From contig NZ_CP030918.1 in NCBI RefSeq assembly GCF_003324675.1, positions 1,350,001 to 1,382,000 on the forward strand: 32,000 bases of DNA. Direction: 5' to 3'. The notes beneath the pieces were generated by a model, which worked only from the letters and a program-made list of their open reading frames with translations, made no database searches and was not told the DNA's origin. The DNA comes from Paracoccus suum. GTDB taxonomy: Bacteria > Pseudomonadota > Alphaproteobacteria > Rhodobacterales > Rhodobacteraceae. The position numbers were made by a program, and so were the translations under genes. Positions 8,500 to 16,037 of the stretch are shown here, piece after piece. Position 1 is the stretch's first letter. Every line of letters starts with the position of its first letter.

Positions 8500-9146
8500 A
8501 GGTCGCCTTTCCTCTCGCGCCCCAGCCTGATCCCGCCGAGGAGGAGGCTGCGCGCCTGCTGTTCGCCGGGCCGGTCGATTTCGTCAAAGGTGTGGTCGCG
8601 ATGCCGGGCCTGCCGCCGGCAGACCGCCCCGAGGTCTGCTTTGCCGGTCGAAGCAACGTCGGGAAATCCAGCCTGATCAACGCCCTGACCGGCCGAAAGG
8701 GGTTGGCGCGCGCATCCAACACCCCGGGCCGAACGCAAGAAATCAACTACTTCGATCTTGGCGGGCGTGGCTTTCTGGTCGACCTGCCGGGCTATGGCTA
8801 TGCCAAGGCGCCGCTGCCGGTGGTCGCCAAGTGGCAGGCGCTGCTGAAGCAATACCTTGCGGGCCGTCCGACCCTGCGCCGCGCCTTTGCGCTGATCGAC
8901 AGCCGGCATGGCGTCAAGGATGTCGATCACGAGATCATGCGCCTGCTCGACCGCTCGGCAGTGCCGTTCCAGGTGGTGCTGACCAAGGCCGACAAGATCG
9001 GCCCCCAGGCAATGGCCCAGACCGTGGCGCAGGTCGAGGAGGCGCTGCAAAAGCACCCGGCCGCCTTCCCCGAACTGATCGTGACCTCGTCCGAGAAAGC
9101 CGACGGCCTCGCTACCCTGCGGGCGACCATCGCCAGCCTGCTGTGA
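8496..9146 (+). CDS. engB: Ribosome biogenesis GTP-binding protein EngB/YihA
   Basis: G1 GRSNVGKSSLINAL, G2/G3 PGRTQ...DLPGYGYA and G4 TKADK are present. GTG 8496 overlaps the MOSC gene stop (GTGA). Confidence 0.93.
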   Translation: MKVAFPLAPQPDPAEEEAARLLFAGPVDFVKGVVAMPGLPPADRPEVCFAGRSNVGKSSLINALTGRKGLARASNTPGRTQEINYFDLGGRGFLVDLPGYGYAKAPLPVVAKWQALLKQYLAGRPTLRRAFALIDSRHGVKDVDHEIMRLLDRSAVPFQVVLTKADKIGPQAMAQTVAQVEEALQKHPAAFPELIVTSSEKADGLATLRATIASLL

Positions 9147-9220
9147 CGGTTGCACCCCCCGCGGTGCGCCCCTAGGGTCCGGCCCCGATGCAAGGGGCAC
9201 CGGCGATGAAGGCTCAGACC

Positions 9221-10120
9221 ATGGACCGCGACTTTATCTCGACTGCGCGCACGCTTTCCGAAGCGCTGCCCCATATCCAGCGCTATGCGGATGCCGTGGT
9301 GGTGGTGAAATTCGGCGGCAACGCCATGGGCGATGACGAGGCCATGGCCGAATTCGCCCGTGATATCGTCTTGATGAAGCATGTCGGCATCCACCCGGTC
9401 GTGGTCCATGGCGGCGGGCCGATGATCAACGAACTGCTGGGCAAACTGGGCATCGAGAGCCGATTTGTCCGCGGCAAGCGCGTCACCACCCGCGAGACCG
9501 TCGAGGTGGTCGAGATGGTGCTGTCCGGCCTCGTCAACAAGCGCATCGTCCAGGCGATCAACGACGCGGGCGGCCGCGCTATCGGCATTTCCGGCAAGGA
9601 CGACGACATGATGGTCTGCGAGGCGGACGACCCCGAACTGGGATTTGTCGGCCGCCCGATCGAGATGAACGTGCAGATCATCCGCGACCTTTACCTCGCC
9701 GGCCTGATCCCGGTGATCGCGCCGGTGGCCACCGGAATGGCCGATAACGAGACCTTCAACGTGAACGGCGACACCGCCGCCGGCGCCATCGCTGGCGCGC
9801 TGCGGGCCGACCGCCTGTTGCTTCTGACGGACGTCGCCGGGGTCAAGAACGCCGAGGGCGAGGTCCTGACCCAGATGCACCCGGACCAGGTCAAGGCGAT
9901 GATCGCCGACGGCTCGGTGTCCGGCGGGATGATCCCCAAGACCGAGACGGCGCTGAAGGCGCTTGAGGACGGGGTGCGCGCAGTCGTGATCCTGGACGGC
10001 CGCGTGCCGCATGCCAGCCTGCTGGAACTCTTCACCGAGCAGGGCGCGGGCAGCCTGATCCGCTCGTCCGAGCCGCGCGCGAAGCCGCATGGGCTGCGGC
10101 AAGGGGACCGCGGGCTATAG
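9221..10120 (+). CDS. argB: Acetylglutamate kinase
   Basis: [34 protein letters not shown], and a GGMIPK..A terminal region are present. The start is ambiguous between ATG 9188, 9206 and 9221. 9221 ([17 protein letters not shown]) best matches the usual alphaproteobacterial N-terminus. Confidence 0.93.
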   Translation: MDRDFISTARTLSEALPHIQRYADAVVVVKFGGNAMGDDEAMAEFARDIVLMKHVGIHPVVVHGGGPMINELLGKLGIESRFVRGKRVTTRETVEVVEMVLSGLVNKRIVQAINDAGGRAIGISGKDDDMMVCEADDPELGFVGRPIEMNVQIIRDLYLAGLIPVIAPVATGMADNETFNVNGDTAAGAIAGALRADRLLLLTDVAGVKNAEGEVLTQMHPDQVKAMIADGSVSGGMIPKTETALKALEDGVRAVVILDGRVPHASLLELFTEQGAGSLIRSSEPRAKPHGLRQGDRGL

Positions 10121-10299
10121 TCGCCCGGGCGCAGGTTTTGCCCAGTCGCGGGACGCGCAGCACCTCGGCGGTGGTCTCTATGGGTGGGTCCCTCATCGTC
10201 AACCAAAGCGTAACGCAGGGCGCGCTTGCCCCTTGGTGCGAGGCTGTGGCAGGCTCGCGTCTGCAAGCCATTTCTCTTCAACATGAGGCAGTTTGATCC

Positions 10300-10818
10300 A
10301 TGACCCCAGCCGGGCACCGCCGCCTCATCCTGACGCGCCACGCGAAATCCGACTGGGACGATCCCGCACTGTCTGATGAGGACCGGCCGCTGAACCGCCG
10401 CGGCGCACGGGCGGCCCGGGCGTTGGGTGACTGGCTGGCCAGCCGCGGCTACGAGCCGGAGGAAGTGCTGTGCTCGCCCTCGGCCCGCACCCGCGAGACC
10501 TGGGACGGTGTTGCCGCCGCTGCGCTGGGCGTGCTGCCTCAGATCCGGCACGAGCCCGCGCTGTATCTGGCCGACCCAGACACCATCCTGAACGTGTTGC
10601 GAACCGCCAGTGCACCGACCGTCATGGTGATCGGCCACAACCCGGGCATCGCCGCTTTCGCTGCCAGTCTGCCGGCGCGCCCGCCCATGGACCCTGACTT
10701 TCGCCGCTATCCGACCGCCGCGACGCTGGTGGTCGATTTCGAGGCCGAGGACTGGGGCCAGATCCAGCCGGGGCGGGGCAGCGTCCTCGATTTCGTGCGC
10801 CTTGATGAACGCGGCTGA
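10300..10818 (+). CDS. Histidine phosphatase superfamily protein (SixA-like phosphohistidine phosphatase)
   Basis: 172 aa. It has the catalytic RHG-type motif LILTRHAKS, then RPLNRRG, SPSARTRET and a late GHNPG. Confidence 0.8.
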   Translation: MTPAGHRRLILTRHAKSDWDDPALSDEDRPLNRRGARAARALGDWLASRGYEPEEVLCSPSARTRETWDGVAAAALGVLPQIRHEPALYLADPDTILNVLRTASAPTVMVIGHNPGIAAFAASLPARPPMDPDFRRYPTAATLVVDFEAEDWGQIQPGRGSVLDFVRLDERG

Positions 10819-10846
10819 CCGGCTGTGACCTGACTCCGCAGGGGCC

Positions 10847-11284
10847 CTAGTTCATCCGCTTCTTCGAGCGGAAGGGTAGCGGCATGACCGGCAGCCCCTC
10901 GGTGATCATCCGCCGCGCATCCTCGATCCGCGCCTCGCCATGGATCGGCCGCGGGTCGACGCGGCCTTCATGCATGGCCCGCGCTTCCTGGACAAAGCGC
11001 ATCCCGACATAGTCGGAATTCGCCTCCACATGGGCCCGCAGTTCGGACAGGGCCCGCTCGATCCGGTTCGCCGGCTCCGGGCTCGCGGCCTCCGGAGGGG
11101 CTGCTGGGGCGGCGGCAGCTTCGGCGGCGACGGCCGGGGCCATCAGCGCACGGTCGACCTTGGCGCCGCCGCAGTTCGGGCAGGTCACCTGCCCGGAATC
11201 GCGCAACTGCACGAATACGTCCGAGGACCGGAACCAGCCTTCGAAATCATGCCCATCGGGGCAATGCAGCGCATAGCGGATCAT
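10847..11284 (-). CDS. DUF1178 family zinc-ribbon protein
   Basis: 145 aa: MIRYALHCPDGHDFEGWFRSS...VTCPNCGG...FVQEARAMHEG is the typical DUF1178 pattern found in alphaproteobacteria. Confidence 0.8.
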   Translation of the reverse strand: MIRYALHCPDGHDFEGWFRSSDVFVQLRDSGQVTCPNCGGAKVDRALMAPAVAAEAAAAPAAPPEAASPEPANRIERALSELRAHVEANSDYVGMRFVQEARAMHEGRVDPRPIHGEARIEDARRMITEGLPVMPLPFRSKKRMN

Positions 11285-11345
11285 GACAAACCTGACTGGT
11301 CGGATAGTTGTCCATCATCCAGCTATCCGGCCGGCGGAACAAGCC

Positions 11346-12536
11346 TCAACCCGTGGCAAATGTGTCGATCATTTCAATCAATTGTGACGGATCGCCCGCG
11401 CTCTCGATCAGAATGGCGCGCGCCTTTGCGCCGAGACTTGTCTGCAGTTGCGGTTGGCCCAGCAGGCGCCCCAGAACGTCGGCGAGCGTTGCCGTCGTGA
11501 CCGGCACCGCCGCCCCCGCACCGTCGAGCGTCGCATAGTCGCCGGCGAAATTCGCGACATGCGGACCGTGCAGGATCGCGCAGGACTGGGCCGCCGGCTC
11601 CCACGGGGTGTGGCCGCCCTTTTCCACCAGAGAGCCGCCCGTCAGGCAGATGCCGGCTGCGGCGTACCATTGTGGCATCTCGCCCATGCTGTCCGCCAGC
11701 AGCACCGGCGCCTTAGGTCCCGCACCGGCAGAGCGGCGGGCCGGCGGCAGACCGCGGGCCGCCATCAGCGCCGTGACCTCGTCAAAGCGCTGCGGGTGGC
11801 GCGGCGCGACGATCAGGCGCAGTGGCACCCCGCGCGCGCGCAGCGCTGTAACGGCATCCAGGATCAGCGCCTCCTCGCCAGCATGGGTCGATGCCGCCAG
11901 CACTGTCAGTGCCCGCTCCGGACCCGGCGGCAGAGGCATGGTCTGCGCCGGCGCCATCAGCTTTAGGTTGGCGCGCGGCAGCAGGGCCGCGTGCGGCAGG
12001 CCCAGTGCCAGCAAGCGCGCCTCGGACGCGTAGTCCTGGACCGAGACAGCCTTAAGGCGCCCCAACATCGGCCGGATCAGGCCGTCCAATCTTGCCCAAC
12101 GCTGGGCTGAGCGTTGCGACAGACGCGCCCCAAGGACCACCTGCGGCACCCCCCGGCGCGCGAGGGCGGCCGAGCGATTAGGCCAAAGCTCGTTCTCGAT
12201 GGTGATCGCGAGGCGAGGTTTCAGGCGATCGAGAAAGGCGGCGACGGCTTGGGGAGTATCCAGCGGCGCGAGGCCTGCGCGGACCCCCAGCGCCAGCGCC
12301 GTATCCCAACCGGTCGGCGTGTTCGCGGTGACAAACACCTCGTGACGCTCTCGTAACCCCGCAATCAGGGTCGCCGCAGATGCGATCTCGCCGACCGAGG
12401 CGCCATGCAGCCAAATCCCGCCCGCAGGCAGGGCCGGCAGTCCGAGCCCCAGCCGCGCACGAAAATTTTCGCCCGCCACCGGCGCCAGCAGGCGCGCGCC
12501 CACACCGGCGATCTGCGTCAGGCTGCGGTAGATCAT
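11346..12536 (-). CDS. waaA: 3-deoxy-D-manno-octulosonic acid (Kdo) transferase
   Basis: The N-terminus IWLHGASVGEIASA...VTANTPTG and the C-terminal GGSL...GGHTPWEPA glycosyltransferase N/C pattern match WaaA/KdtA. ATG 12536 (MIYRS) is preferred over the track start at 12596. Confidence 0.9.
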   Translation of the reverse strand: MIYRSLTQIAGVGARLLAPVAGENFRARLGLGLPALPAGGIWLHGASVGEIASAATLIAGLRERHEVFVTANTPTGWDTALALGVRAGLAPLDTPQAVAAFLDRLKPRLAITIENELWPNRSAALARRGVPQVVLGARLSQRSAQRWARLDGLIRPMLGRLKAVSVQDYASEARLLALGLPHAALLPRANLKLMAPAQTMPLPPGPERALTVLAASTHAGEEALILDAVTALRARGVPLRLIVAPRHPQRFDEVTALMAARGLPPARRSAGAGPKAPVLLADSMGEMPQWYAAAGICLTGGSLVEKGGHTPWEPAAQSCAILHGPHVANFAGDYATLDGAGAAVPVTTATLADVLGRLLGQPQLQTSLGAKARAILIESAGDPSQLIEMIDTFATG

Positions 12537-12789
12537 TGAACCCCGGTCTGCTGCGTCCGCGGTTCGACCGGTAGTGGCAGCACCGGGGCAAAGCAAGCAT
12601 GGTCCCGGGTGGGAGGATTTAGGGGAATACGCCGGCGCTCGAACGTAGCGTCATTTCATGGGGGTGGGGAAGCGCACGCTGTGACCCCGTGTGGCAAGCC
12701 AAGCGACCCCATGGTCTGGGCATGCGGTGCAATGAAATCCACCGCGCTCACCGTGGCACTTTCAGGAGATCGCCAGAAAAGAAGGAAAT

Positions 12790-12863
12790 TGGAGGTGGGT
12801 ACCGGAATCGAACCGGTCTTCACGGATTTGCAATCCGGTGCGTAACCTCTCCGCCAACCCACC
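12790..12863 (-). tRNA. tRNA-Cys (anticodon GCA)
   Basis: The minus strand reads GGTGGGTTGGCGGAGAGGTTACGCACCGGATTGCAAATCCGTGAAGACCGGTTCGATTCCGGTACCCACCTCCA. Acceptor stem is GGTGGGT/ACCCACC, with anticodon loop TT-GCA-AA and T-arm ACCGG-TTCGATT-CCGGT. CCA is encoded and followed by a T-rich tract (ATTTCCTTCTTTTCT). Confidence 0.95.
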
Positions 12864-12880
12864 GCCGTCGAGGTGCGGCA

Positions 12881-12909
12881 CGGATAGAGGATGCACCGCC
12901 GCCTTGCAA
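12881..12909 (-). promoter_or_regulatory. Candidate promoter for tRNA-Cys: TTGCAA, 17 nt, TATCCG
   Basis: The hexamers were read on the minus strand, with the -10 ending about 17 nt upstream of the mature tRNA 5' end. Pattern match only. Confidence 0.3.
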
Positions 12910-13019
12910 GCGGACCTTGCACCTGTACCGAATTGTGGGCGCCGGAACCGTCCACCTTCCGTTGCCGACCCACGGAAGCTGTGGCACAACAGGGGCCGAA
13001 CTGCCGGAGACCGCGACCG

Positions 13020-13676
13020 ATGCTCGATTTCGCCCAGGCCCGCACCACCATGGTGGACACCCAGGTGCGGCCCAGTGACGTCACCCGCTTTCCGGTGATC
13101 GAGGCGATGCTGGCTATCCCGCGCGAGTTGTTCGTGCCCGCCCCGCGCCGATCAGTCGCCTATGTCGGCGAGAACCTGTCCCTGCCGGGCGGCCGGGTGA
13201 TGCTCGAGGCGCGCACGCTCGCCAAGATGATCGACGGCCTCGATCCGGGGCCCGAGGATCTGGTGCTGGATGTGGCCTGCAGCAACGGCTATGCGGCAGC
13301 CGTTCTAGGCCGGATCGCCGGCGCGGTCGTGGCGCTGGAGGACGAGGCCGGGGCTGTCGCCACGGCCGAAGGGGCGCTGCGCGAGGCGGGGGCCGAGACG
13401 GTCGCCGTGGTCCAGGGTCCGCTTACCGAGGGCTGGGACGCCCAGGCGCCCTATGACATCATGATCGTCAGCGGCGGCGCAGTCGAGGTGGTGCCCGATT
13501 CCTTGACATCCCAGCTGCGCGAAGGTGGCCGGATCGCCGCGCTGTTTCACCAGGGCGCCCTCGGGGTGGTCCGCATCGGCCTGAAATCGGGCGGCGAGAT
13601 CACTTGGCGCGATCAGTTCAATGCCCATGCACCGTTGCTGGCCGGCTTTGCCCGTCAGCGCGGCTTCACGCTGTAA
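13020..13676 (+). CDS. Protein-L-isoaspartate O-methyltransferase-like SAM methyltransferase (divergent Pcm paralogue)
   Basis: 218 aa from ATG 13020: [21 protein letters not shown]...[17 protein letters not shown] motif I is degenerate ([15 protein letters not shown]), followed by [28 protein letters not shown]. It sits in the conserved alphaproteobacterial position upstream of tolC. Confidence 0.82.
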   Translation: MLDFAQARTTMVDTQVRPSDVTRFPVIEAMLAIPRELFVPAPRRSVAYVGENLSLPGGRVMLEARTLAKMIDGLDPGPEDLVLDVACSNGYAAAVLGRIAGAVVALEDEAGAVATAEGALREAGAETVAVVQGPLTEGWDAQAPYDIMIVSGGAVEVVPDSLTSQLREGGRIAALFHQGALGVVRIGLKSGGEITWRDQFNAHAPLLAGFARQRGFTL

Positions 13677-13724
13677 CCGCGGCGAGGTCGCCCAGTGTCG
13701 CGACCCAGCGGAAAGGAAAGAACG

Positions 13725-15128
13725 ATGCCAGAAATCCGTCATCGGGTCGCCGGCGCGGCGCGCCGCCTGCGCAAGCTCGCCCTCGGGACGGCATTGGCCG
13801 TCGTGGCTGCGCTGCCCGCCAGCGCTGATAGCCTTGCCGATGCGATGGTTGCGGCCTATCGCCATGCTGCGCTGCTGGATCAGAACCGCGCCGTCCTGCG
13901 CGCTGCGGACGAGGATGTCGCCAGTGCCATGGCCGCCCTGCGGCCAGTCATTGGCTGGACCGTCCAGCATCAGTTCCAGGAAGTGCAGAACGCCGAGAGT
14001 CGTTCGTTGACCGCCAGCCTGGTGGCCGAAATGACCCTCTATGACTGGGGCCGCAGCCAGCTGGCCATCGACGCCGCGAAAGAACTGGTACTTGCCACCC
14101 GCGCCCAATTGATCAGCGTCGAGCAGAACATTCTGTTGCAAGCGGTCGAGGCCTATCTGAACGTGCGCAGCCAGCGCCAGCAGGTTGCGCTGCAGGAAAA
14201 CTCGGTCCGCGTGCTGTCCGAGGAGGAGCGCGCGGCGAACGATCGCTACGAGGTCGGGGAAATCACCGTGACCGACGTGTCGCTGGCCGAGGCGCAGCTG
14301 GCCCAGACGAGGGCCCAGCTTGCCACTGCAAAGGGCAATCTTGCCGTCGCGGTCGAAAGCTACAAGGCCGCGACCGGCAAGGCGCCGGGTGATCTCAGTG
14401 CCCCGCCCAAGCTGCCGACCCTGCCGAAATCGGTGACCGCAGCCCAGGCGATTGCCCAACGCAGCCATCCGGCCGTCGAATTTGCCCAGCGCAATGTCGC
14501 CGCGGCCGAGGTGCAGGTTGCAGCCGCCGCAGCCGAGCGCCGGCCCGAGCTGAAGGGCTCGGCCTCGGTTTATGCGCAGGATTCCTCGCAGTCGCGCGAT
14601 GACGAACTGATCAAGGGCGCCAATGTCGGGCTGACCCTTTCGCAGACCATCTATTCCGGTGGACGTCTGTCGTCCGCGCATCGCAAGGCAATGGCCAACC
14701 GCGATCGTGCGCGCGCCGCCCTGCTGCAAAGCGCGCGCGACGTCGCCCAGTCGGTCGGGGTCTCCTGGGCCAATATCGACGTGGCCCGTGCGCAGATCAG
14801 TGCCATCAACGAACAGATCGTCGCTGCGCAACAGGCCTATGAGGGCGTGCGCGAGGAGGCGACACTGGGCGCGCGGACCACTCTGGACGTGCTCGACAGC
14901 GAGCAATCCCTTCTCGAGGCGCGGGCGAACAAGATTACTGCAGAAGCCAACCTGCAATTAGCTCATTATCAACTATTGGCTGCTATGGGTCTGCTGACGG
15001 TAGAAAACCTGAAGCTGGGAATTCCCACCTATGACCCATCGGCCTACTACAGCGCGGTCCGCGACGCCCCCTACACCAGCGTGCAAGGCAAGAACCTCGA
15101 TCGAGTCCTGCGCGCCATCGGCAAGTAA
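13725..15128 (+). CDS. tolC: TolC-family outer membrane efflux protein
   Basis: Signal peptide LALGTALAVVAALPASADSL, then two OEP repeats (LADAMVAAYRHAALLDQNRAVLRAADEDV...; VEFAQRNVAAAEVQV...). ATG 13725 is preceded by GAAAGGAAAG. Confidence 0.9.
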   Translation: MPEIRHRVAGAARRLRKLALGTALAVVAALPASADSLADAMVAAYRHAALLDQNRAVLRAADEDVASAMAALRPVIGWTVQHQFQEVQNAESRSLTASLVAEMTLYDWGRSQLAIDAAKELVLATRAQLISVEQNILLQAVEAYLNVRSQRQQVALQENSVRVLSEEERAANDRYEVGEITVTDVSLAEAQLAQTRAQLATAKGNLAVAVESYKAATGKAPGDLSAPPKLPTLPKSVTAAQAIAQRSHPAVEFAQRNVAAAEVQVAAAAAERRPELKGSASVYAQDSSQSRDDELIKGANVGLTLSQTIYSGGRLSSAHRKAMANRDRARAALLQSARDVAQSVGVSWANIDVARAQISAINEQIVAAQQAYEGVREEATLGARTTLDVLDSEQSLLEARANKITAEANLQLAHYQLLAAMGLLTVENLKLGIPTYDPSAYYSAVRDAPYTSVQGKNLDRVLRAIGK

Positions 15129-15161
15129 TCCTGCGCTTCGTGTCACGCCCGGGTCGCGGGC

Positions 15162-15986
15162 ATGACCGAAGCTGCCGCGCCGCGCGGCCCCTCGGCCAGC
15201 CAGTTGTCCGAGAATATCGGTGACGTTCTGGCCTCCATCCGCAGCATGATTGCGCAAGACCCGGTGCCCGACACGGACCGGGCGGCCGTCCTCCGTTTGG
15301 AGGCGGTGGGCCCACGGCCGGCCGCGTCGCCCGAGGTTCCTTCCAGCCGATCCGGCCTCGGCTGGGTGAGCACGCCCCCCGTTCAAGCTGACCGTGACGA
15401 GCTTCTGGTGCGCGCGCAAAGCTGGACGCGCCGTCAACCGCCGGGCCCTGGGCCGTTGCGCCTGGGGCGCAGCGAATTGGTGGCGCCCTTGAGGGAGGTG
15501 GAGCGCGCGGGGGCGTCGGACCCAACGGAGTCTGATCAATCGGCGACCCTCCTCTCGACGCGGGAGGCCGCGGCGGAGGCCTCCGCGCAACTGGCTGATA
15601 CCAAAGATTGTGTCGAGACGATCGCGGATCGCCCAACCAATCCTTTGCACGGCGTCCCCCCGGCCGAATTGCCGCAGTTCAACAGCGATGCCCTGCACCC
15701 GTCCGTGTCCGCCGAGAGGGCGGCTGAGCCCATTCCCGCCCTGAGCGAAACCGTCTTGCTGGAGACTGCGATGAACGCCTATGCCCCCACCCAGCCGACC
15801 GGCGATCCAATCAACACGAACGGCGCCGAGACTGAAGATGCCGTGAGCGGTTCGATCCTTAGCGGCATGATCCGCGAGGTTATCCGTCAGGAACTGGTGG
15901 ATCCCGGGATGTCGCGCGAGCTGCGTGCCATGGTCCTGCGTGAGGTCGCCCGCGCCATCACCGGCGAGGCGAGCAAGGCGAGCTAG
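15162..15986 (+). CDS. popZ: DUF2497 / PopZ-like pole-organising protein
   Basis: The N-terminal helix DVLASIRSMIAQD resembles the Caulobacter PopZ N-terminus (EILASIRRIISED, from memory). It has a long Pro/acidic low-complexity middle and a C-terminal amphipathic region (ILSGMIREVIRQELVDPGMSRELRAMVLREVARAI). It sits in the conserved position after tolC. Confidence 0.7.
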   Translation: MTEAAAPRGPSASQLSENIGDVLASIRSMIAQDPVPDTDRAAVLRLEAVGPRPAASPEVPSSRSGLGWVSTPPVQADRDELLVRAQSWTRRQPPGPGPLRLGRSELVAPLREVERAGASDPTESDQSATLLSTREAAAEASAQLADTKDCVETIADRPTNPLHGVPPAELPQFNSDALHPSVSAERAAEPIPALSETVLLETAMNAYAPTQPTGDPINTNGAETEDAVSGSILSGMIREVIRQELVDPGMSRELRAMVLREVARAITGEASKAS

Positions 15987-16037
15987 AGGTATTCAGCCGA
16001 AAGGGAAAGGCGGCAGGGGAATATCCCCGCTCGCCAA

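Noticed and set aside
8927-10102. 391-aa minus-strand ORF antisense to argB.
   Set aside because: argB motifs on the plus strand are canonical. The antisense translation has no domain features.
12609-12845. 78-aa plus-strand ORF in the waaA / tRNA-Cys spacer.
   Set aside because: Its 3' third is the antisense of the tRNA-Cys gene. It has no RBS and no recognisable features.
13305-14957. 550-aa minus-strand ORF antisense to the pcm-like gene and tolC.
   Set aside because: It is a shadow ORF. TolC has a signal peptide and the OEP repeats on the plus strand.
16011-16033. The hairpin GGGGA-ATA-TCCCC between the convergent popZ-like and nlpD genes, as a bidirectional terminator.
   Set aside because: The stem is short (5 bp, or 7 with a bulge) and has no flanking U-tract on either strand. 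This is too weak to call.
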